In this document: piece after piece, positions 1 through 9,480 of the stretch
Layout: every line of letters begins with the position of its first letter
How positions within the stretch are numbered: the first letter of the stretch is position 1
Source: an uncultured Candidatus Saccharibacteria bacterium
GTDB lineage: Bacteria > Patescibacteriota > Saccharimonadia > Saccharimonadales > SZUA-47
Assembly (NCBI GenBank): GCA_964419675.1
Contig: CAYQPN010000002.1
Coordinates: 3,073-67,072 of the forward strand
Length of the DNA: 64,000 bases
Reading direction: 5' to 3'
The notes under the pieces: model-generated
What the model saw: the letters and a program-made list of their open reading frames with translations, nothing else
Database searches by the model: none
What the model was told of the DNA's origin: nothing
Translations under genes and position numbers: made by a program

Positions 1-113
1 TGTGCGACTTTCTACTATCCTTGAATGGGTCTGAGGTGCCTCTACTATCTCAATTTCTGGAACAATCTCTTCTATCTGATCCTCTTTTGGTGTGTTTTCT
101 TCTATATCTGCCA
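1..113 (-). CDS. gyrA: DNA gyrase subunit A, N-terminal fragment (gene runs off window start)
   Basis: ATG at 113-111 (minus), 3 nt after the gyrB stop. The open frame MADIEENTPKEDQIEEIVPEIEIVEAPQTHSRIVESRT reaches the window edge. Identity rests mainly on the common gyrB-gyrA adjacency; only 37 codons are visible. Confidence 0.45.
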
Positions 114-115
114 TC

Positions 116-2128
<2,013 letters not shown>

Positions 2129-2234
2129 TTATAGCGAATTGTAATGAATCACACAAATAATTACTATTGATTGAACACATAAAAATGTGTTTCAATAGCA
2201 TTAGCGAAATGCTCAAAAATAAAGGATACAAATA

Positions 2235-4172
2235 ATGTTCAAAAAACTGATAGCAAATTTACCGTTTAACCCAAGTCTTATACACCAGGTGGGCTTTTAT
2301 TCTGACCGTTTACGTGGTGAAAAAAGTATTAGACGCATTAGTCTGTTGTTTATGGTGATGGCTATGATTGTTCAAACTGTTGCTGTAATTAGTCCACCTG
2401 AAAAATCTCTTGCTGCATCCAATAACCACATTATTAATGGGCTCAAAACCAGAAAAGACATTATTGACGCTTGGGATCAGTCAGGAAGCGATATTCCTGC
2501 AATTTATGGACGATTTGGACTTACGAGAGATGATATTCTGGCGCTTCCTGCAGATCCGAACGTCACCATAAAGACAAATGATGGCAATGACTACTGGTCT
2601 ATTGGCCGTACTTCTCTGGGTTCAATAACGGGTGTCAAGAAAACATACGTAGACAGCCAAGTACCTGTTCAATACGCTGGACGGGAGACGCCAGCCACAG
2701 CCGACGACCAATTTGTTTATTACAGACAACTAAAAGCGTGGGACATAAAAAATCCCTACAATTCCTATAAAGCATTCAAAGGTACAATAGCCAAAACAGG
2801 CGAAACGTTCTGGATCCTTGTCGATTGTGGTAATTTTACTAAAATTGGCAAATTTAACGAGCCTAATCCGGGTTTAGACATAAGAAAAACCATAGAAAAT
2901 CCTAACAACTTGCAGTCGCTAAAGCCTGGTGATTCGTTTACTTTCAGATTCGAATATCGAAACACTGTCCCTGATTCAGTAGCAAAAGATGTATATATTG
3001 ACGACACATTTGACCTTAAGAACTTTGATATTGTTAGCCCAACCAACCTACCTCTTAATGGAAGTTACATGAAATACGACGTCGGTAACTTACCATATTC
3101 TGCAAACTATCAGGTTCTTAAGATTACTGTCCGGTTGAAGAACCCGCTCGAAAGTGGAATTGAAGTCTGTAATGCTACGAGGCTTATTGCTTCTAACGCT
3201 CCTCCATCTTGGGGTGGACCTGCCTGCGTAAAGGTAATTAATCCGTGTATATACGACGCAACTAAGCCAAGCAACAGCCCTGACTGTATAACCCCGAAGG
3301 TTGTATGTAGTGTCGTCGATTCAATTGTAGATAGAGTGACCAGAACTGTAACATACAAGACAACACTGGTATCAAGTAATCCTGCGACCACTACGGTCTA
3401 TGACTATAGTTACGACTTCGGAGATGGGTCTCCAGCCCTGGTTCAGACTTCTGCTGCGTTAACGGACACCGCCTCCCACGTATACGCTGCCGGATCATAC
3501 ACAGCAAAAGTGGTCGTGACATATGGAGCTGAAGGATTGAATGGTAAACAAAAAACCGACACATGCAATGCGCCTATCGATTTTGATAAACCGTTTGGCG
3601 AATCAAAGACCGTAAAGAATATTACTCAAAAGTTAGAAGGAACAGCTGCCCTTAATTCCAAGGTTAAGGCTGGAGATGTGCTGGAATATACACTAACAAC
3701 CACTAACTCGCAGAACTACGAACGAAAAGACATAACTATCTCTGACTATATTGGGGACGTTCTGGACTACTCAACGCTGGACACAGAAGGGTTAAAACAA
3801 ACTGGTGGTGAGTTTGACAAGCAGAAATTGAAGATTTCTTGGACAGGCATAACTATCCCTGCAAACGCATCTATAGATAAGGTCTTCCGTGTCACGATGA
3901 AGAACCCAATCCCTGCCACAAATTCTCCTTCGACAGTCAGTACAGACTTCGACTGTAAAATTAGTAACCACTACGGTAACGATTTGACCCTGTCAGTGCA
4001 GTGCCCTGCTGTAAAAGGAATCGAGTCTATCCCAAACACTGGGCCTGGTTCCAGTTTACTTATGGGTACAACACTTGTCGCGGTAGTAGGATACTTCTTC
4101 GCAAGATCTCGTTTGTTAAGTAAAGAATTAGACTTGATAAGAAATGATTATGCAATAACAGGAGGAATGTAA
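2235..4172 (+). CDS. Large surface protein with PKD-like and DUF11-like repeat domains and a C-terminal sortase-type sorting signal
   Basis: 645-aa ORF with an N-terminal TM/signal anchor. PKD signature YDYSYDFGDGSP...HVYAAGSYTAKVVVTY and DUF11-like block VKAGDVLEYTLTTTN. The C-terminus has IPNTG, a hydrophobic helix, then ARSR (LPXTG-like). Confidence 0.8.
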   Translation: MFKKLIANLPFNPSLIHQVGFYSDRLRGEKSIRRISLLFMVMAMIVQTVAVISPPEKSLAASNNHIINGLKTRKDIIDAWDQSGSDIPAIYGRFGLTRDDILALPADPNVTIKTNDGNDYWSIGRTSLGSITGVKKTYVDSQVPVQYAGRETPATADDQFVYYRQLKAWDIKNPYNSYKAFKGTIAKTGETFWILVDCGNFTKIGKFNEPNPGLDIRKTIENPNNLQSLKPGDSFTFRFEYRNTVPDSVAKDVYIDDTFDLKNFDIVSPTNLPLNGSYMKYDVGNLPYSANYQVLKITVRLKNPLESGIEVCNATRLIASNAPPSWGGPACVKVINPCIYDATKPSNSPDCITPKVVCSVVDSIVDRVTRTVTYKTTLVSSNPATTTVYDYSYDFGDGSPALVQTSAALTDTASHVYAAGSYTAKVVVTYGAEGLNGKQKTDTCNAPIDFDKPFGESKTVKNITQKLEGTAALNSKVKAGDVLEYTLTTTNSQNYERKDITISDYIGDVLDYSTLDTEGLKQTGGEFDKQKLKISWTGITIPANASIDKVFRVTMKNPIPATNSPSTVSTDFDCKISNHYGNDLTLSVQCPAVKGIESIPNTGPGSSLLMGTTLVAVVGYFFARSRLLSKELDLIRNDYAITGGM

Positions 4173-4732
4173 TGTCGGAAAAACAACCCTTACACGAACA
4201 TAGTGAGCTACTTAAGCCAATCGAGTCATCACCTGAAATATCTCAACAACTTGATAGTCGCGAGCTGTCCTCGCATGAAAAAAACCATGGGTCCAAAGAA
4301 CAAGTTGAAGCAATTGCGAAAATGGCTGAGAAGCATGCTATAGCTGGTAAGGAGGTCTCTGCGGGAGAGAATGAACACACCAATAACCAGCATCCCGCAA
4401 TGATAGGCAAACACTTGAAAGATATGGCTTTTTCAAGGGCATTGACTCGTGCCCGAAAGAAGCTTTCTACCCCCTCCCGTGTATTTAGTCGGTTTGTACA
4501 TTTAGCTCCCATCGACAAAGCTAGTGAGGTACTTGGAAAGACAGTAGCACGACCATCAGGAATGCTAGGAGGAGCAATCATAGCCTTCCTAGGTACTTCT
4601 GCATTGTTATGGATTACCCGGCATTACGGATATGAATACAATTACTTACTTGTCATAATCCTCTTTGCTATGGGTATGGCTGTAGGTCTACTTGGTGAAG
4701 TTCTATTAAAAGCTTTTCGTAAATCTAAGTAG
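4172..4732 (+). CDS. Hypothetical membrane protein, translationally coupled to upstream gene
   Basis: 186-aa ORF whose ATG overlaps the upstream stop (TAATG). Charged N-terminal half and two C-terminal hydrophobic helices; no recognisable family. Confidence 0.65.
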   Translation: MSEKQPLHEHSELLKPIESSPEISQQLDSRELSSHEKNHGSKEQVEAIAKMAEKHAIAGKEVSAGENEHTNNQHPAMIGKHLKDMAFSRALTRARKKLSTPSRVFSRFVHLAPIDKASEVLGKTVARPSGMLGGAIIAFLGTSALLWITRHYGYEYNYLLVIILFAMGMAVGLLGEVLLKAFRKSK

Positions 4733-4761
4733 ACAATTCTCTGTCTATTATTGAAACTTAG

Positions 4762-7617
4762 TTACCGAAGATTTACTACGTGTTCGTTTTGAAGTAAATC
4801 ATCCGGGCTTTTCGGCGTTGTATTGCTTTGTTGTTGATTTACTATAGGCGCTACAGGAGCCGTCTGCTGAACTTTTTGACTGCCAACTGGACTTTGTTCA
4901 TCGCCTGGCATTTGAACCGCTACAGGAGGCCGTTGAGCACCCTGAGAAGCTGGTTGGAGTGGTGTCCCTATTTGAGTACCTGATGGCTGGGATGGCACTG
5001 TTGCTGTACTAGGATTTTTGAATGGTGATGCAGGAGTTTTAAAAGTATTAGTTTGGCGTTTTTGCATCCAATCATCCAGGAAGCTTGAGCCACTACTTGG
5101 AGGCTTTTGTGCTCCTGGATTAGCATTAAAGTTCCTTCCAAAATCTGGACCTTGCTTTGCAGCAGTTACCGGCTCGTTCGTTCTTAATCGTTCAAATATT
5201 TCCTTTTCAACAATTGCTTTCGGCCTTCCGTGCTTTGCAGCAGATAACTGCTTTAGGGCACTTGCTAGCTCTTTGTTTGGGGTCCCCAAAGGTGGTAATC
5301 CGGTCATACTAAACGGCTGAGTTGGTATTCCACCAATTAACATTCTAACCACCGCATTATAGTTTGGAATACGCTGTAGATCGTCCATATCAAAAACTGG
5401 GGTAAACTGTTTGACTAAAAACTCTGCATCCGCGGTACCAACTCTGAAAGACACGATAGTACCAACATTTCCAAATACAGCGTCCCTTATTTCTTCCGTC
5501 AATTGAGTAGTGAACTGGTTAGCCACAATGAGGTTTAATCTATACTTTCTTGCTTCACTAAGAATTGTTGCGAAAGAATCCGTTGAGAAGTTCTGAAACT
5601 CATCCACATAAAGCGCAAAGTCTGTTCTCTCATCTTCGGGGATGCTGGCTCTACTCATAGCCGCGGCCTGGAATTTCATAACAAATATCATACCCAGTAG
5701 CTTAGAGTTGAGTTCACCGGTGCGTCCTTTGCTTAAATTCACGAGGAGAATTTTTTTGTTATCCATTATTTCACGCAGATTGAAAGAACTCTTTGTCTGG
5801 CCAATAATATTACGCATCATTTCATTACTTAAAAATGCACCAAACTTACTTACGAACCAACCAAGGACTTCACTTTTATGGTAGTCGCTGGTTTGCGCCA
5901 TCTCCTTATTCCAAAAATCTAACACTGTATGGTCGGTAACATGTTTTAACTTATCTTTTGCGTATTGGTTATCTGTGAACACTTTAGGTATGTCTATAAA
6001 TGTCGCTCCGACCGGATCAGCCATGATCGTTAATGCAGCGTTCCTAAACCAGTGCTCATAACGTGGTCCAATAATACCTTGATGTTGAGGGTCGTAAAGT
6101 TTATAGAGCATATTAATCGCTTCTTGTATCAGAAAGTCCTTTTGTTGCGGACTATCGAATTCAAACAAGTTTAAACCAAGAGGATAATCCATGTCAGCAG
6201 GACAAAAGTAAATCACATCTTCTGTTCGCTCTTTTGGAACCATAGCAAGCAACTTTTCAGCCGTATCACCGTGAGGATCAATAAACGCAAACCCCTCTCC
6301 GTTTAGCATGTCCTGTAGAGCCATGTTTTCTAGGAACGTTGATTTACCGGTTCCTGTCTGCCCAACTGCATAGACGTGACGTCGTCTATCATTAAGATCT
6401 AGATTAATCTTCTTTTTTGAACCTCTGAACACGTTATACCCCAACAATAGACCGCTGTCAGGTATATTTCTTGGGCCGTCGACCTGCTTGGAAGCCTGAC
6501 GCTCTAATTGCGTAGTTGGGATATTACTCTGAGTAGGAAAATGGAAAAGGGTTGCTAACTCTACCGAATTTAGGACTGATTTATTATTTTCAGGTGGGAA
6601 AAATCTTAAAATATAAGAAGTTATGAAGCTATCGATGTCTTTAGCGGCCGCAAACTTGAAACCATTCTTACCAGGAGAATCGTATAGCGCAAAAGTAGCG
6701 ACAAGATTATTTAAAATCGACTGAGCTTTCTGGGATAAATTCGAAGATGAAACAACACGGATTAACACCTCATATGCAGGATATTTAGCCTTTTCTTCAA
6801 TTGCATCAACTATAGACTGCTCTGTCCCAGATATTTGCTTGTCTTCATGTTTCTTCTCGTCTTTGTCCTCTGGCGGTTTTACAGGTGCGATCGCCAATTG
6901 TTTTACCCATGAGAATGCTAGGTCTGACTTTTTGCTCTTCTTCTTACCTTTTCTTTTCTTTTCAGCATATGCGAGCGCATTCTTACGCCATGTGCTTTGA
7001 GCCGGTCGAAGAAGAATCTGTATACCGGCACCGTCTTCTTTATCTAGCGTGGAAAGAGCATTAAGAATTGACTGCAGGGTATCTCGCTTAATGTCTTGAA
7101 AGGTTGCTATTGGATATGCCGAATCTTCTTTTAATGTTAGTTCCCCGCCCATCGTGGCGCTTGTCTTGCCGACAGGACTAAAAATATTGTGTTCAGCTAC
7201 TTCTTCTAGACGAGCCGACGGGTAGGCGCTCGTAATCGCCTGCTGGACCACATCTACTAAAGCGACAGGTACTGCAGTATAAAAATGGACAAAACCCCTT
7301 GTCCCAACTATCTCAAAGGCAAAGTGTCGTTGCCCATAATACTTACTCTTAAAACCCTTCTGAGTGGTGCTAGCGATAATGTTATAAAGAATCTGCGCTT
7401 TAGAGATGGTCTCATCCATAACATCGCGCTCGTCTCTGGACCCCACTTCAGTGTCATCGCTCTGTGGCGGAAGATGTATAAGCATGGGTACCATCTTTAA
7501 GCCACGCTCAAAATTCTTCTGTTCCCTGAAAACCTTTCGAGAATGATAATAACCAGTAAAGACACCAACTGCGACAATAAATAGTGCTACCACCAAAAAA
7601 ATTAATAATCCTGGCAT
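4762..7617 (-). CDS. Membrane-anchored P-loop ATPase of the TraG/VirD4/TraD coupling-protein or HerA-like type
   Basis: 951-aa ORF with an N-terminal TM helix. Walker A GQTGTGKST, FIDPHGD, Walker B-like LYVDEFQNF, NLIVANQ. About 150 aa of P/Q/S-rich C-terminal tail. Confidence 0.8.
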   Translation of the reverse strand: MPGLLIFLVVALFIVAVGVFTGYYHSRKVFREQKNFERGLKMVPMLIHLPPQSDDTEVGSRDERDVMDETISKAQILYNIIASTTQKGFKSKYYGQRHFAFEIVGTRGFVHFYTAVPVALVDVVQQAITSAYPSARLEEVAEHNIFSPVGKTSATMGGELTLKEDSAYPIATFQDIKRDTLQSILNALSTLDKEDGAGIQILLRPAQSTWRKNALAYAEKKRKGKKKSKKSDLAFSWVKQLAIAPVKPPEDKDEKKHEDKQISGTEQSIVDAIEEKAKYPAYEVLIRVVSSSNLSQKAQSILNNLVATFALYDSPGKNGFKFAAAKDIDSFITSYILRFFPPENNKSVLNSVELATLFHFPTQSNIPTTQLERQASKQVDGPRNIPDSGLLLGYNVFRGSKKKINLDLNDRRRHVYAVGQTGTGKSTFLENMALQDMLNGEGFAFIDPHGDTAEKLLAMVPKERTEDVIYFCPADMDYPLGLNLFEFDSPQQKDFLIQEAINMLYKLYDPQHQGIIGPRYEHWFRNAALTIMADPVGATFIDIPKVFTDNQYAKDKLKHVTDHTVLDFWNKEMAQTSDYHKSEVLGWFVSKFGAFLSNEMMRNIIGQTKSSFNLREIMDNKKILLVNLSKGRTGELNSKLLGMIFVMKFQAAAMSRASIPEDERTDFALYVDEFQNFSTDSFATILSEARKYRLNLIVANQFTTQLTEEIRDAVFGNVGTIVSFRVGTADAEFLVKQFTPVFDMDDLQRIPNYNAVVRMLIGGIPTQPFSMTGLPPLGTPNKELASALKQLSAAKHGRPKAIVEKEIFERLRTNEPVTAAKQGPDFGRNFNANPGAQKPPSSGSSFLDDWMQKRQTNTFKTPASPFKNPSTATVPSQPSGTQIGTPLQPASQGAQRPPVAVQMPGDEQSPVGSQKVQQTAPVAPIVNQQQSNTTPKSPDDLLQNEHVVNLR

Positions 7618-7620
7618 GAT

Positions 7621-8025
7621 TTATTCTTCACTAACCTTTATATCTTTATCGTATCTTTTCTTAATATATTCTGCTTTTACCTTATTTATTTGTTTGTTCT
7701 GGTTATACGGATCACCCGTAGTTTGATTGACAATTTCTTTTGCTTTTCTAACCCAAGCTTTTTCTATAAGCTCGATATCGTCCGCAACAGGGGGAACATC
7801 TAGTTGCACCGTTGCGCTCACAATACCTTTCGATGTTGATGATGGCGTTGCATATTGAGCTGTTTGTGCTGAGATAATCGTTTGTTGCGTAGATTGTCCT
7901 TGGCTAGTCGCACCGGCCTTTTCACTCAACATCGAACCGGCTGAATCCTCAACCCCGTCAAATGAGGTTTCGGATCCTTGTACTTCTGGTAGATCGCCGT
8001 CTTTAAGAGTTTCGTTGGGTTCCAT
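7621..8025 (-). CDS. Hypothetical protein (acidic/S/T/Q-rich N-terminus, basic C-terminus)
   Basis: 134-aa ORF ending 4 nt upstream of the ATPase start, co-oriented with it; no family recognised. Confidence 0.55.
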   Translation of the reverse strand: MEPNETLKDGDLPEVQGSETSFDGVEDSAGSMLSEKAGATSQGQSTQQTIISAQTAQYATPSSTSKGIVSATVQLDVPPVADDIELIEKAWVRKAKEIVNQTTGDPYNQNKQINKVKAEYIKKRYDKDIKVSEE

Positions 8026-8058
8026 TACTATAGATTATATCAGTACATTCAACTTAGT

Positions 8059-8394
8059 CTAAGCCCAAGTTCTGTAAAAATAGAACACCACAATAACACC
8101 GAGGGAGGTTGATAATAAAATATCTCCAAAGCTAAGTTGACCAATTCCAGACATCAGAAGAAGTAAAACAGTGATGCTTGACATACTAAAAATTAACGAC
8201 TTAGAGAATAAACTTCGTGTTTTTAATAGTTTCTTTGAAACAAAAAGCATCCCAAACGAGAGAGATATCCAAAAAAGTACCACCGGAACAAAAACATATG
8301 CGATGTTTCTATCTCTAGGGCTAACAGTAAACAGGAACAATACTAAAGACGAAAAAGTAGAAAAGCTAATTAAAAACAGGTTTCTTTCTTTCAC
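8059..8394 (-). CDS. Hypothetical integral membrane protein
   Basis: 111-aa ORF with 3-4 hydrophobic helices; first gene of the minus-strand run ending at 4762. Confidence 0.55.
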   Translation of the reverse strand: MKERNLFLISFSTFSSLVLFLFTVSPRDRNIAYVFVPVVLFWISLSFGMLFVSKKLLKTRSLFSKSLIFSMSSITVLLLLMSGIGQLSFGDILLSTSLGVIVVFYFYRTWA

Positions 8395-8444
8395 TATTAA
8401 TATAGTACCAAAATAAAGTACTTAGCTTACTATTTATCTAGAAC

Positions 8445-8482
8445 AAAAAAGTTGCACCAGGAGAAGGGGTGCAACTTTTTTT
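8445..8482. terminator. Bidirectional rho-independent terminator-like hairpin
   Basis: Stem GTTGCACC (8451-8458) / GGTGCAAC (8468-8475), flanked by A6 upstream and T7 downstream. Confidence 0.5.
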
Positions 8483-8504
8483 CTTCTTGTGACTTTAAGA
8501 GAAG

Positions 8505-8616
8505 CCTGGGACGATAAATCCGCCTTAATAATTGTTACTTTATAGCGCTTATCGTCCGCTGGCTTTGACTGACCGCTCTTTTTAGCTTTAGGCTAAAATG
8601 AGCGTCGCAGTTTTTT
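8505..8616 (+). ncRNA. Candidate structured small RNA ending in a hairpin plus T6
   Basis: 9-bp helix GGACGATAA (8509-8517) / TTATCGTCC (8549-8557). A second compound hairpin (8569-8610: CGCTC/GAGCG, TTAGC/GCTAA) is followed by TTTTTT at 8611-8616. No promoter identified. Confidence 0.25.
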
Positions 8617-9296
8617 ACTTTGATTCTTTTTGTATTTTTATCGAATCACGAGTTCAGAATAGCAAATTTTATACATAATGTCAATAGTACTTATGTTAAT
8701 TTTCTATTGTAATTATTACTACTTTACTTCTTGATTCGTTGCCTTTTTAACTCTGTTATATATTTTATACTACTTATTTTTTACAACTATAATTTTTTTA
8801 TAAAATCAGTTTTGTTGTATTAAAATTATCACATTTACAATGTTTTCTCCGAACAACAAATTATCTTAACTTGCGCTAAATATATGCTTGGACTGTTGTC
8901 AATCAATAGTACTCTAAGAAGTAACTTAAGGGCATTTATCTTAACTTAAGTTAGTCGGTGTTATTTATAAGCCATAACTTATCTTAATGACCCTTATTAG
9001 TTCACTTGGGGGGGGTTAATCACGGCTATCAGACTAGACTAAACAGAATCGCTGAGGCATTCTAAGGTTGCTTCCCTACTCTAATTGCATAGATATCGCT
9101 TATTCTCCTGGGTACTTGATGCTTTGTTTTTCTATAATTATTTATAAAGTACAATGCTCTTTGGGTATAGCTGATTCTGTAATAACTACCCCCTCTTTCT
9201 TTACTAAAAATGGTTTTGAGTGAACCCAGAAACTGTGGTTTTGCGGTTAAAGTTTCAGCACTATATTTAGGCTTTAAAAAAACTCTAAAATATATA

Positions 9297-9325
9297 TTGA
9301 CATAAGCATCATAGAGCTATAAGAT
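9297..9325 (+). promoter_or_regulatory. Sigma-70-type promoter
   Basis: TTGACA (9297-9302), 17-nt spacer, TAAGAT (9320-9325). Confidence 0.45.
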
Positions 9326-9331
9326 ACGGTT

Positions 9332-9410
9332 AGCACTTTGAATAAATAAAGTGCTCAAAAACAAAAATGTCTCTATAAAACAACGGTTCCTCGCAGGCCG
9401 TTGTTTTTTT
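9332..9410 (+). ncRNA. Candidate ~80-nt small RNA or comM leader, bracketed by promoter and terminator
   Basis: Downstream of the 9297 promoter. Hairpin AGCACTTT/AAAGTGCT (9332-9355), then terminator CAACGG...CCGTTG plus T7 (9381-9410), 70 nt before comM. Confidence 0.3.
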
Positions 9411-9480
9411 ATTTATAAATAATTATCGTTTTTTAGATGTTTGCTTTTTTAATAAAGTAACCTTAGAGTTAGATGTAGAC

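Noticed and set aside
8395-9480. oriC hypothesis for the AT-rich gap (gyrB is nearby)
   Set aside because: I found no TTATCCACA-type boxes or close variants in the gap, and no dnaA or dnaN is adjacent. The only perfect DnaA box in the window is at 19859. The iteron-like repeats are kept as a separate, weaker lead.
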